Positions 39,953 to 50,060 are shown, counted from the first letter of the stretch. The stretch is DNA of 64,000 bases from Planctomycetota bacterium (GCA_965248575.1 CBDFJQ010000002.1:864001-928000); one strand, 5' to 3'. Translations and numbers: made by a program. Notes: a model not told the origin generated them from the sequence alone.

Positions 39953-41925
39953 CCGGGCTGGCGCGAGGCGATGGCGGGATGACGCGCCTCTGGGTCATCC
40001 CCCTGGCGCTGCTAGGTGCCTTGTCGTGTGCGGAGCCGGAGTCGGCCACGAGCGTGGACGTGCTGCTCGTCACGATCGACACCCTGCGAGCCGACGCGCT
40101 GAGCGCCAGCGGTCGAGAGCGTGGAACGACACCCAACCTGGACGCTCTGGCTGCCGCGGGCACGCGCTTCACGGACGCCACCACCGTCACCCCCCTCACG
40201 CTCCCCGCCCACGCCTCCATCCTGACCGGCATTCGCCCGGCGCGACACGGGCTGACAGTGAATGGAGTGGCGTCCAACGAGCTGCCTGTACCGACGCTGG
40301 CCGAGGCCCTGCTCGCTCAGGGATACGCCACAGGAGCCTTCGTTTCCGCGTCGGTGCTCGACGAGCAACACGGACTCTCGGCCGGCTTCCAGACCTACGA
40401 CGATGGTCTGTTCTATCCAGGTGGTCCGCCGCGCCCGCAGGAGCGGCGCGCAGATCGCACCATCGACTCCGCTCTCCAGTGGATGGCCGAGCATGAGGGG
40501 GCGCCGTGGATGGCCTGGGTGCACTTGTTCGACCCGCACGCCCCCTATGCTGCGCCCGACAAACAGGCCGATCCCGAGACCTGGCCTGCGCTTGAGGGCG
40601 GCGCCGAAGACCTGAGCCAAAACCGGCGCGAAGACTACCTCGACGAGGTGCGCTGGGTGGATTCCCAGCTGGGCCGATTGCTCTCGACGCTGCGTCAATC
40701 GCGGCACGCCGCCCATCAGCCGTCACGCCCTCTGCTCGTCATCGTGACCTCGGATCACGGCGAGAGCCTTGGGGAGCACGGAGAGAGCACTCATGGAGTG
40801 CTCATGTATCAGGGTGCGATGCATGTCCCCTTGATTGTCGCCTGGCTCGATCCGGAGAGCCCGCTCCCCGCGCAAGGCCGGGCTTTTCCGGCGGGTGGCC
40901 AGGTTCGTGACGATGTCGTCTCCGTCCTGGACGTGACGCCTACGGTCCTCGATCTGCTGGGGCTGCCGGTCGACGCCGAGCTGGACGGCCGCTCCCTGTC
41001 CGAGCCTCGGCCGCAACGCATCATCCCCTTGGAATGCAGAAGCCCCGCCTTCTACTACGGATTCTCGCCCCTCGTCGGTCTCCGTCGCGGCGCTGAGAAG
41101 CTCATGGGTGCGCCACAGTCCGACCCCGAAGGTTGGCGCCTCTACGACCTGGCTGTCGATGCCGCCGAGCAGACGGGGGTTGACGCGCAGACCCACCCCC
41201 TCCGAACCCGGGTCCTTTCCCCGGAGCCCGAGCGCGAGGCATCCGTGGTCACGGATCTCGAGACTCTACGGGCCTTGGGATACGTGGGAGCCACCATCCC
41301 CGACTCCAGCGGTTCGGATCGCCGCGATCCGCGCACCGCCATGGACCTTGTGGACGCCATCGACGCGGCCAACAGCCTGTTGGTCGCTCAGGCTCCTGCG
41401 GACGCCCTCGAGCGACTGGCGACTCTGCCTGACGAGTACGACAGCGTCCCAGAACTGCACTTCTTCCGCGGGAAGGCCCTGCGCGCCTTGGGCCGCCCAC
41501 AGGAAGCCGCCCATGAGTTTTCGGAGGCTCATCTGCTGCAACCCTCCTCGGGCGGCACGCTCGTGGAGTGGGGGCGAGCACTGCTGGAAGTCGCACTTGC
41601 GAGCCGCGGCAGCGAGCCAGCCAGCTCAAGCGGCGGCCCACCGATCGGAGCGCTGCGCACCGCTGAAGAGGCTTCACGTCTCTTTCAGAAGGCACTCTCC
41701 TTGGTGCCTGGAGACCCTGAAGCGATCGCCATGTGGGCCCTGACGGAGATCGAGTTCGGAAAGGCGGAAGAGGCCCTCGAACGCATCAAGGAAGCCCTTG
41801 GCTCCCGACCCCAAGCCGTGAATCTGATGCTGGTCCAGCGCCGCGCACTGCAGGTGCTGGGGCGTGACAAGGAGGCCGCAGATGTCACGGCCCGGCTGCA
41901 ACAGCTCTCCCCCAACCTTCGCTAG
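39949..41925 (+). CDS. Sulfatase-fold lipoprotein with C-terminal TPRs
   Basis: Lipobox ALSC; TIDTLRAD, PLTLPAH, HLFDPHAPY, SDHGE and LRALGY, followed by TPR-like helices. Confidence 0.87.
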   Translation: MTGLARGDGGMTRLWVIPLALLGALSCAEPESATSVDVLLVTIDTLRADALSASGRERGTTPNLDALAAAGTRFTDATTVTPLTLPAHASILTGIRPARHGLTVNGVASNELPVPTLAEALLAQGYATGAFVSASVLDEQHGLSAGFQTYDDGLFYPGGPPRPQERRADRTIDSALQWMAEHEGAPWMAWVHLFDPHAPYAAPDKQADPETWPALEGGAEDLSQNRREDYLDEVRWVDSQLGRLLSTLRQSRHAAHQPSRPLLVIVTSDHGESLGEHGESTHGVLMYQGAMHVPLIVAWLDPESPLPAQGRAFPAGGQVRDDVVSVLDVTPTVLDLLGLPVDAELDGRSLSEPRPQRIIPLECRSPAFYYGFSPLVGLRRGAEKLMGAPQSDPEGWRLYDLAVDAAEQTGVDAQTHPLRTRVLSPEPEREASVVTDLETLRALGYVGATIPDSSGSDRRDPRTAMDLVDAIDAANSLLVAQAPADALERLATLPDEYDSVPELHFFRGKALRALGRPQEAAHEFSEAHLLQPSSGGTLVEWGRALLEVALASRGSEPASSSGGPPIGALRTAEEASRLFQKALSLVPGDPEAIAMWALTEIEFGKAEEALERIKEALGSRPQAVNLMLVQRRALQVLGRDKEAADVTARLQQLSPNLR

Positions 41926-41987
41926 GCCAAGTCGGCGTCAGCCACACGCCAGATCGCAACGAGTCAGCCCCGAAGCTGCGCCCTGAC

Positions 41988-42671
41988 TCAGGGCCCCGTC
42001 TCATCCGAGGGCGGGAGTTCCAGCGTCAGGGACCTCGCGAGCTTCTCCTGGTTTTCGATCAGCCGTTGGAGATTGAGGATCTCGGACTGAGCAAGTGAGC
42101 TGCCCTGCTCCATGTTCTGGGTCAGGACGTTGTCCGCGATCTTCGATCCACGCTCCAGGTCGGCGAAGGTTCCGGCCAAACTGTCCCTGCGCGCCACGAG
42201 TTCGGGGTCATCGATCACCGCAACGTCGAGCAGACCACCCAGGGCACGCGCACGTTTGAGCAACGGGCTCACATGGATCATGTAGTCGTAGCGTGCGCGG
42301 GTGTGGGCATGGAGCGAACGCGCTTGAGCGAGCAGCACATCGGAGGAGTTCACCAGGTCGCGAAACGCCGTCAGTCTGGCTCTGGAGTCGAGCTGCTCGT
42401 CCGTCTCGAGTTCAAGCCGCTGCGCCTTCAGTTTGGCGAGCCCCGAACGCAGCTCTTCGTGCCGCCGCTTCAAGTTGAGCAGATAGCCCATGCGGGTCAG
42501 GGGGATGAAGGCCTCATCCATGGCCCTGATCTCTTCCTCAAGCAGCCCAAAGGCGATCTCCGTCTCCTCGCGCCCTCGCTCCTTGTCCACGCTGCTGCCG
42601 CCAACCAGAGCCCACCACAGCAGACCGCCGAGCACCGCAACGAGGCCGAGGAAGATCAACGGACCTTTCAT
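41988..42671 (-). CDS. Hypothetical membrane-anchored helical protein
   Basis: N-terminal TM then coiled-coil-like sequence; ATGA-coupled to the upstream gene. Confidence 0.7.
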   Translation of the reverse strand: MKGPLIFLGLVAVLGGLLWWALVGGSSVDKERGREETEIAFGLLEEEIRAMDEAFIPLTRMGYLLNLKRRHEELRSGLAKLKAQRLELETDEQLDSRARLTAFRDLVNSSDVLLAQARSLHAHTRARYDYMIHVSPLLKRARALGGLLDVAVIDDPELVARRDSLAGTFADLERGSKIADNVLTQNMEQGSSLAQSEILNLQRLIENQEKLARSLTLELPPSDETGP

Positions 42672-43672
42672 GAGGCAACTCGCTCCTGCACCAGGCCATC
42701 CCCCAGGATCTGGTCGACACCGTGCGTCCCTTCAGCCACCCGCGTGCCGGGCATCACGAGGCAGCGTCTCAGCTGGACCTGGTCCTCGACAACACACCCT
42801 TCAGCGACCGTGGTGCCTCCCACCAGGTGCGCGCCCGGGGAGACATCCGCGCTCGGGTGGACCAAAGACTGGGACTTGTGCCGAAGCCCACCCGCTGCGA
42901 GCAACTCCGCGTCCACCGTGACCTGCTCGCTCAGCGCCGCAGCCTGCGCAGCCACGAGGTCCTGCATGGTGCCCGTGTCGTGCCAGCCACCAGGATGAAC
43001 CCACCCCTCACAGGGCAGGCCCGACTCAATCGCAGGCACGTAGCCCTGTCGGATGAAGCAGGAGGGGGTGCGGGGCAAGCGATCGAGAAACTCGGGCTCA
43101 AACACGTGTGCACTCGCGTTCACGAAGGCGCGCTCCGAATCCCCGTGCACCAGCGCGCGTTTCGAGGGCGCGACGAGCCCCGCGATATCCGTCAGGGGCC
43201 CGCCGCCTGAGCTGGATACGTTGACGGCACCGTAGCGAACCGGATCTGCGGCCTGGGTCAGCGCCATGGTGGCCACCGCACCTGCACGGATGTGGTGGCG
43301 CGCGAGGGCCGCCAGGTCGAAGTCGGCGACGATGTCCGGCAGAAGCAGCAACAAGCGTTCGCGCGGCATCCGGGCCCAGAGGTTCGCCAGGCCACCGCCC
43401 GTGCCGAGCAGCTCAGGCTCTCTTACGACCGTGATCTCAAGCGGAGGAACAGCCACGTGCTCCACGAAGTCCACCACCTGCTGCGCCAGGTGCCAGGCAT
43501 TGATCCAGACCCGCTGGACGCCGCTTCGAGCGAGGGCCGTCAGCGTGTGCTCCAGCAACGGCCGGTTGAGAAAAGGCATCAGGGGCTTGGGGCGCTGAAG
43601 AGTCATGGGCTGAAGCCGGCGCCCCTCGCCAGCCGCGAGAACCACCGCCTGCCTTGGAATGCTGATGCTCAT
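42668..43672 (-). CDS. Sugar-1-phosphate nucleotidyltransferase (MurU/GMPP-like) with short hexapeptide tail
   Basis: VLAAGEGRRLQPMT..RPKPL, EPELLGTGGG and WHDTGT; left-handed beta-helix-like C-terminus. Confidence 0.88.
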   Translation of the reverse strand: MSISIPRQAVVLAAGEGRRLQPMTLQRPKPLMPFLNRPLLEHTLTALARSGVQRVWINAWHLAQQVVDFVEHVAVPPLEITVVREPELLGTGGGLANLWARMPRERLLLLLPDIVADFDLAALARHHIRAGAVATMALTQAADPVRYGAVNVSSSGGGPLTDIAGLVAPSKRALVHGDSERAFVNASAHVFEPEFLDRLPRTPSCFIRQGYVPAIESGLPCEGWVHPGGWHDTGTMQDLVAAQAAALSEQVTVDAELLAAGGLRHKSQSLVHPSADVSPGAHLVGGTTVAEGCVVEDQVQLRRCLVMPGTRVAEGTHGVDQILGDGLVQERVAS

Positions 43673-44703
43673 GAAGCGCTTTGCGTTCCGGGGTCCGGGC
43701 GATCCAGCGCAGGCGGCTCGGCAGCCCTTTGCCCTTGGGCGGGACGCGCTGGTGATTCGTGCGGCGGACGGGCGGGGCTGGCCGGGTCTGACGCTTCGGG
43801 AGCAGCGGGCGAGCTGACGGCGGCCTGCGAAGCCAGGGTCGCGAAGGCGAGATCCAGGACGGGGACCTTGAGACCGTGCAGCTGGAGCAGTCGACGCGCT
43901 TGCTTCGCTGCGGGAGGAATGAACTGCGCCCAGGCTCCCTGTTTTTCCGCGAAGGTTCCGATGGCCTTCGCCAATCTCTGGACAGCGACCGCGCCAACGT
44001 GCGGACTCTCGCCCGCAATGCGGTCACGGATGTCGTCAGGGAGCTCGACGTAGGGGTCGTAGGCGAGAGAAGCGCGGTCGTACCCCAAAGGGCCGGGGAG
44101 CGCGTCCTGGTGGTCGACGACGCGAACCTGGTTTTCATGCAGCAGAAGATTCCGGCTGTGGAAATCCCGGTGACACAGAACCTCTGGGGCTGCAGTGCAG
44201 GCTGCCACGATCTGCTCCAGGTCTTGCGTCAGCGAGGCACCCGCCCCCTCTGGCAAGCGAAGGGCGAGCTGCACGAACTGTTCCAACTCCGTCATCAAGC
44301 GGCGCGCATCCAGAGGTGGGCGCGGGGACGTGCTCAGTCGCAGATCATGGATCCTCGGAAGCAGCGAGACCGCTTCGCTGTAGGCGCCCGCGATGGGCAG
44401 ACCCTGCCCCCTAGCGGCTGCCAGGGTGATGTCACCCAGATCCTCCTGCAGGATCCACGATTGATCCGGACGGCTGTCGTAGATTTCCGGAACGGGGAGG
44501 CCAGCCTCCCTCAGCAGCAGGGTGGAGCGAGCCACCCGCTCGATCTCGGCCGGCCGGGCTGCGCGCGGGAATTGCATGAAGATGGCCGTGGGCACCGGCA
44601 ATCCGGGTGGCCCGTGAAGACGGGCATAACGACGGCCTGATGCCTCCGTGGGGAGCCATTCGATCCTGTCGCAGCGGGGGGCCTGCGGTATGGTAGTCGC
44701 CAT
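43669..44703 (-). CDS. AmgK-like sugar kinase (aminoglycoside phosphotransferase fold)
   Basis: ASGRRYAR, EDLGD, HRDFHSRNL and DHQDALPGPLGYD.ASL..DPY; coupled to the nucleotidyltransferase. Confidence 0.8.
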   Translation of the reverse strand: MATTIPQAPRCDRIEWLPTEASGRRYARLHGPPGLPVPTAIFMQFPRAARPAEIERVARSTLLLREAGLPVPEIYDSRPDQSWILQEDLGDITLAAARGQGLPIAGAYSEAVSLLPRIHDLRLSTSPRPPLDARRLMTELEQFVQLALRLPEGAGASLTQDLEQIVAACTAAPEVLCHRDFHSRNLLLHENQVRVVDHQDALPGPLGYDRASLAYDPYVELPDDIRDRIAGESPHVGAVAVQRLAKAIGTFAEKQGAWAQFIPPAAKQARRLLQLHGLKVPVLDLAFATLASQAAVSSPAAPEASDPASPARPPHESPARPAQGQRAAEPPALDRPDPGTQSAS

Positions 44704-44847
44704 ACTCGGCATCCTATCGAGAGAGCACCGCGACTTCATGAAGCGTCCCCATATGACTTTGCAGTGATCGACAAGAACGGCTGCCAGCCGATGCTCGCCC
44801 GAGCATCCCAGCACCAGCCCCGAACATTTGCTAAGTAGGCGAGAGAC

Positions 44848-46485
44848 ATGATGGGTTCCCTGTGTTCCACGCTCCTGACCTCGCTCGTGCTCGCGGCCGC
44901 CCTCAGTACGGCTGCTCTCGGTGCGGCTCCTCTGGCCCCCCGTTTGGACCCAGTGCTGGGGCCTGTGATGGGCAATGGGATGAGCCCCGAGGACCCGGAG
45001 CTGGTGACCGAATTCCGCCGCTACTTCTCCAAAGACAAGACACCGATCCAACGCCGAGAGGCCGTCCTGAACCTCCAGGACGTGGACTCCCTCAATGCCA
45101 CCCAGGCCTTGCTCGATGCCTTCAAGGACGAGGAATACCTGGTGCGTCGTGCCGCCATCGACATCGTGTCTGCCTATCGTGACGAGCCCTCGGCCAGGTG
45201 GTTACTGGACGGCGTGCTCCTAGACCGCAAACTTTCAAAGAACACCCAGGTCGTCTCGACCGTGGCCGAAGCCTTGGGCGGCATGCAGCATGCCTTCGCG
45301 CTGGACCCTCTTGTGGATCTGGTCGGCCACCGGGATCTGGGCGTCCGCCTCGGAAGCATCGCTGGCCTGGGCCGCTTGAAGAACCCGGGGGCACTGGAGC
45401 CGCTCGCCGAGCTCATTCTCGAGGCTGAAGCTCCCGACGCCGTGCTGATCGCCTCGCTCGACACCCTGGGGAAGCTGGGGGACGCCAAGCGCGGCGTGGC
45501 GGCCGTGCTGGCGGCCTTGGCCAACGACTCGAAGCAAGTGCGCTTGAAGGCGGTCGAGACGGTTCAGACGCTGCACATGAAGGCCGGCGTGCGCCCGCTG
45601 ATCCTCATGATGGGTAGCGACCCGGATGCTCGCGTGGCGGAAGATGCCTTCGAAGTCCTGCGCGCCATCACCTTGCGCAAGTTCGAAGACAACATGGACC
45701 AGTGGTTGGCCTGGTGGGATCGCAACGAGCGCAGCTTCGAACTCCCGGATCTCGCCAAGGTCGCCGCGGCCCTGAAGGTGCTTGAGGAATCAGGCACCCG
45801 CTACGGTGGGGGGGCCAAGTCCTTCGAGAACATCGAGACGAAGAGCGAGAACATCGTCTTCGTGATCGACGTCAGCCAGAGCATGTCGGAACCCTTCGGG
45901 GACCCGGAACGCCTGAAGCTCAGCGGCCGGGAGTACAGCTCCCTGCAGCGTTTGGAAATCGTGAAGGAAGAGCTGGCCAACACCATCGACTCCCTTCCGG
46001 ACACCACCAATTTCAACATCGTCGCCTACGCGACCGGAGTCGATCTTTGGAAGAAGAAGGCGGCGCGCGCAAGCATCCTGAATCGCAACAACGCGGTGAA
46101 CTGGGTCAAGGCCCTGAGCCCACGTGGGGGTGAGGCAGCGGGCTTCCGGGCGAGGATGGGCCACAACAACAACTCGTCGGACGAGGGGCGCACCAACACC
46201 TACCTGGCGCTCATGACGGCCTTCGGCGAGGACGTGGACAAGCGTAAGCCCAACGCGTTCGTGACCAAGATCACCGACCCCGTCGACACGATCTTCTTCC
46301 TCACCGACGGCGAACCCACGGTGGGCAAGAGCGTGGACATGTCGGAGATCCGGGAAGAGGTTGCCCGGGTCAATGCGTTCAGGGGCGTCCAGATTCACGT
46401 CATCTACGTGGGCGCTTATGGGGGCACCGACTTCCAGAAGCTGGCCGATGACAACGGAGGCGTCTTCGTCTCCATCGGGGGCTAG
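44848..46485 (+). CDS. Secreted HEAT-repeat and von Willebrand factor A domain protein
   Basis: Signal peptide, HEAT-like repeats (VRRAA, VRLGS, VRLKA), MIDAS DVSQS and FFLTDG. Confidence 0.85.
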   Translation: MMGSLCSTLLTSLVLAAALSTAALGAAPLAPRLDPVLGPVMGNGMSPEDPELVTEFRRYFSKDKTPIQRREAVLNLQDVDSLNATQALLDAFKDEEYLVRRAAIDIVSAYRDEPSARWLLDGVLLDRKLSKNTQVVSTVAEALGGMQHAFALDPLVDLVGHRDLGVRLGSIAGLGRLKNPGALEPLAELILEAEAPDAVLIASLDTLGKLGDAKRGVAAVLAALANDSKQVRLKAVETVQTLHMKAGVRPLILMMGSDPDARVAEDAFEVLRAITLRKFEDNMDQWLAWWDRNERSFELPDLAKVAAALKVLEESGTRYGGGAKSFENIETKSENIVFVIDVSQSMSEPFGDPERLKLSGREYSSLQRLEIVKEELANTIDSLPDTTNFNIVAYATGVDLWKKKAARASILNRNNAVNWVKALSPRGGEAAGFRARMGHNNNSSDEGRTNTYLALMTAFGEDVDKRKPNAFVTKITDPVDTIFFLTDGEPTVGKSVDMSEIREEVARVNAFRGVQIHVIYVGAYGGTDFQKLADDNGGVFVSIGG

Positions 46486-46578
46486 AGCCCCGCCAGCCTG
46501 CCAGTAGGGGAGCCACCGGCATCACCAGCTCGGGAGAGCCATGAGTGGGCTGGGCCGGTGAGCCGGGCGGTTTCGAAG

Positions 46579-46655
46579 TGGTCGGGGTGACTGGATTCGA
46601 ACCAGCGGCCTCAGCGTCCCGAACGCTGCGCTCTACCAAACTGAGCCACACCCCG
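46579..46655 (-). tRNA. tRNA-Pro (CGG)
   Basis: CGGGGTG acceptor, anticodon arm CAGCG-TTCGGGA-CGCTG, GGTTCGAATCC T-arm and encoded CCA. Confidence 0.97.
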
Positions 46656-46745
46656 ACGCTTCGGATGGGGCACTTGGTGCCCTTGGACCGTCGAATCGGC
46701 CAACTATGCCCGCGACCCCATCGGGGTGCAAGAGCCACCCCGGCC

Positions 46746-47762
46746 TCAGCCTGTTGCGCCTGTGGTCGGCCCCGGCGGGAGGGCTTTCTTCCGCAGCAGG
46801 AAGCCGGCCCCACCGATGATCGCGATGAAGACGAAGTTGACCAGATGGGTCACGACTGCTGAGATGCCCGCCGCCTCCTTGCTCACCTCCGCGAGCAGTG
46901 TGTAGCCAGCGACCCAGCCTGCTTCCCAGGACCCCAGACCACCCAAGGTGTTGACCGGGAGCACGGTACTCAGGTGCAGCCCGGTCGTCCCCACGAGGCT
47001 GCGGGCGAAGCCCACGGAGCCCAGCTCATGCCCCACGGGGTCGGTGACCAAGCTGGCGGCAGGTGAGCCCATGGCCGTGACCAGGAAGTAGTAGGTGGTG
47101 TAGGTGAGTGCCCAAGTGGCCAAGGAGATCCCAGCGGCCGCGAGCAGACGCCCCAAGCTGAGATCGCCCAGATGGGTGCACGCCCTCGCCACGAAGGTGC
47201 TGAGCTTGCCCTTCCCTTCAGTGGGCAGCCTGCGAGCGACCCAGCGACTGAGAGGGCCCATGAGCAAGAGACCCAGGCCCAGGCTCAGCAGGACCAGCGT
47301 GGCCTGGGTCGAGGCCTGGTCGGCCGTCTTGCCCGCCACGCCGTTCCAGGCGATTCCCAAGCTCAGGTAGGCCGCCACGCAAAAGAGATCCAGGACCCGG
47401 CAGACGATGAGGGCCGCACCTCCCTCTGCGAGGGGGCGCCCACACTCGCGCTGAAGCATCCACGGCAGGGCCAGCTCCCCGGATCGCAGGGGCAGCACCA
47501 GATTCAGGAAGTTGTGGCGACCGGCGATCGAGGCCAGATGGACCACGCCGCTCAGACCGGGCAGGAGCACCGCGAAGCGCAGGGCCCTCCCCAAATAGCT
47601 GCCTAGGTAGACCAGGAAGGCGAGCCCCACGTGCAGGCCCGACAGGCTCCTGAGGCGCTCCGCGACCCCCTCGCCCATCTCGGACGGCTTGAGGTCCAGA
47701 AACGCCATCACGAGCGCACCCAGGACCAGGGTCGCCACCAGAGCCGAAACCAGGCGCTTCAA
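46746..47762 (-). CDS. Lysylphosphatidylglycerol synthase TM-domain/UPF0104 flippase-like protein
   Basis: RALRF..LL, NLVLPLRSGE, RVLD and GGLGSWEAG; multiple TMs. Confidence 0.8.
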   Translation of the reverse strand: MKRLVSALVATLVLGALVMAFLDLKPSEMGEGVAERLRSLSGLHVGLAFLVYLGSYLGRALRFAVLLPGLSGVVHLASIAGRHNFLNLVLPLRSGELALPWMLQRECGRPLAEGGAALIVCRVLDLFCVAAYLSLGIAWNGVAGKTADQASTQATLVLLSLGLGLLLMGPLSRWVARRLPTEGKGKLSTFVARACTHLGDLSLGRLLAAAGISLATWALTYTTYYFLVTAMGSPAASLVTDPVGHELGSVGFARSLVGTTGLHLSTVLPVNTLGGLGSWEAGWVAGYTLLAEVSKEAAGISAVVTHLVNFVFIAIIGGAGFLLRKKALPPGPTTGATG

Positions 47763-47849
47763 GAAGCCATCTCAAAGAGATCAGTCGAGCGAGCGCACAG
47801 ACAAACTCCCATGCATCGATGACTTCGATCGTCAGCTGTCCGGCCAAGC

Positions 47850-50060
47850 ATGAGCGAAGTCTCGCAAACCCATGGCGTAGAGCGCACCGCGTTCGGAAGA
47901 ATGCCTCCCGTGGACTCCCCCTCACCCAGCACGGCCCGGCGACTGCTCTTGGCGCTTGGGCTGCTCGTTCCCTTGGTCGTCGATCCCTACGGCCTGGACA
48001 CCCTGTCCGTAGAGCGCCTGAGCCTGTGCCTCATCGGCTCGCTGCTGCTGGGCCTCGAGGCGACGGAGGGGCTGTTTGCGAGACGCCCGCTGCTCGGCCT
48101 GGCGCCGGCCGAGGCGCTGCTGCTGGCCCTGATTGTCTGGTCGGCTGCGAGCTTGAGCTGGGCCACGAACCCGATGCTGGGCCTGGCCCCGGTGCTCATG
48201 TTGGTGGCGTTGCTGGGGCTGGCCCGGACGGTGCGGGCGCTCACCTCTGGAACGGCGGGCGCCCGGCGTTGGCTGCTGGCCTTGACCGGCGTGGGGCTGG
48301 TGGCCATGGCTCTCGACGCAACGGCGATCCAGGAGCGCTCGACCGAGCTCAGCGAGGATGCCGCCAAGTACGCGTCCTTCCTCTTCGCGCACAACAACAT
48401 GGGAGCCAACTACGCCATGGTGTTGCTGCCCATCGGCGCAGCACTCACCCTGGGGCTCAAGTCCTGGAGCCGGTTGCTGCCCCTGCTGATGCTCGTGGGC
48501 GGTGTCGCCTACCTGCTCCTGCTCGGGAGCCGCTCGGGCCTGCTCTTCGCCGCGCTCGGCTTGCCCGCGCTCGCGGGTCTCTTCCTGCTGCGCGACCGGG
48601 TCACGCAACTGCGCTGGACACGCCGGCTCTCCGCCGCGCTGGCCTTCCCGCTTGTGCTGGCCTTGGCCGTGCTGCCCTTCTCGGACAAGGCACGGGGCGT
48701 CTCGAAGGATGCCTTCTATGCGGCGACGCGCCTCGCGCAGGAATACGGGGTGGCCGATCTCCAGGACTCCGGATTCCGCCCGCACGTCTTCCAGAAAACC
48801 ATCGCCATGGCGAAGGAGGTACCCCTGCGCGGCGTGGGCGTGGCCAACTGGTCTGTGGAGTATCCGCGCTTCGAGCGACACATCCTGGATCGACCGCACG
48901 CCCACAACGACGCACTGCAGGTGCTGGCGGAGTTGGGCATCCCCGGGCTCGCCTTGTTCCTGGCGCTCTTCGCCTCGCTGCTGCTGACACAAGTGCGCGT
49001 GATCATCGGAAGTCGTTCGGGGGTCGGCTACGCCTGCGCGCTGGGTCTGCTGGGCGCCACCTTGGCCTTCTTGTTCTGCGGGCTGTTCGAGGTGCCCATG
49101 ACCATGGGGTCGACGGCGTCCATCTTGGGCATCTTGATCGGGTTGACGTGCCGCTTGGGTGAGATGGGGACCCGCCACCCCCGGCTCTTGCGCCCCAACC
49201 CGCTCCTGTCCCTGGCCGTGATTGCCTTGTCGACGGCTGGTCTCGCGTACGTAATTCAACGCCTGCCGGCTTCGGCTGCAGCCTCCAAGGCCATCGAGCT
49301 CCGGAAGCATGGGGACGAACAAGGAGCCCTCAGCGCCCTGCTCGATGTCGCGGGGATGCGCACCGGCTCTTGGGTTCCCGAGTTGCAGATCGCACAGCTG
49401 GAACTGGAACGAGGAGAGTTCGAAACGGCCTTGCTGCACGCACGCGCAGCCCGAGTCCTCTCGCCCTACAAGACCGAGTTGATGCGACTGGAAGGCCAGA
49501 TATTCCTCGCTCTTGAGCGCTTCGATGAAGCGGTGTCATCGTTCCAGCAAGCCGCAGAGGCAGCACCTGGGAGCGAGTCTGCACAGACCGAAGCGATCGA
49601 GGCCCTGGCCCAGGCCAAGCGCTTGCCCGAGGCCATCGACCTGCTCACCTACAAACTCCAGTCGCAGATCCGCACCGTGAACATCGACGCCGTGCTGCGC
49701 CTGGCGCGCTACTGGCGCCAACTCTCGGAGCAAGAGGCGGAGCAGCAGTCGGAAGAGTCCCGCATGGCTGCAATGGTGGCCGCGCGACACTTCTATGCCG
49801 TGGTGCTTGAGGACGGGCCATCGAGCCGCTGGCCGGAGGTCGCGCCAGAGTTCAAGCACATGACGCATCTGCTGCAAGTGTTGCCGGGCTCCCCGGATTG
49901 TTGGTGGCCCACCTACGAGAGCTTCCTCACCACAGGCGGCTGGCATCGGCCGAACACCGCGCTGTGGACATCCATGGACGCCGATGGCGTGAAGCTCTAT
50001 CCCGGCTGGAAGGAACCCGCAGGGCCACCTGTTCCGCGACACCTGCGAAACCTGCCCTAG
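47850..50060 (+). CDS. O-antigen ligase/PglL-like membrane protein with TPRs
   Basis: About 12 TMs; HNN, GSRSG, PLRGVG..NW and HAHNDALQVLAELGIPG (Wzy_C-like); C-terminal TPRs. Confidence 0.85.
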   Translation: MSEVSQTHGVERTAFGRMPPVDSPSPSTARRLLLALGLLVPLVVDPYGLDTLSVERLSLCLIGSLLLGLEATEGLFARRPLLGLAPAEALLLALIVWSAASLSWATNPMLGLAPVLMLVALLGLARTVRALTSGTAGARRWLLALTGVGLVAMALDATAIQERSTELSEDAAKYASFLFAHNNMGANYAMVLLPIGAALTLGLKSWSRLLPLLMLVGGVAYLLLLGSRSGLLFAALGLPALAGLFLLRDRVTQLRWTRRLSAALAFPLVLALAVLPFSDKARGVSKDAFYAATRLAQEYGVADLQDSGFRPHVFQKTIAMAKEVPLRGVGVANWSVEYPRFERHILDRPHAHNDALQVLAELGIPGLALFLALFASLLLTQVRVIIGSRSGVGYACALGLLGATLAFLFCGLFEVPMTMGSTASILGILIGLTCRLGEMGTRHPRLLRPNPLLSLAVIALSTAGLAYVIQRLPASAAASKAIELRKHGDEQGALSALLDVAGMRTGSWVPELQIAQLELERGEFETALLHARAARVLSPYKTELMRLEGQIFLALERFDEAVSSFQQAAEAAPGSESAQTEAIEALAQAKRLPEAIDLLTYKLQSQIRTVNIDAVLRLARYWRQLSEQEAEQQSEESRMAAMVAARHFYAVVLEDGPSSRWPEVAPEFKHMTHLLQVLPGSPDCWWPTYESFLTTGGWHRPNTALWTSMDADGVKLYPGWKEPAGPPVPRHLRNLP

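Noticed and set aside
46486..46745. Genomic island integrated at tRNA-Pro
   Set aside because: No integrase, no duplicated tRNA 3' end and no compositional shift nearby.
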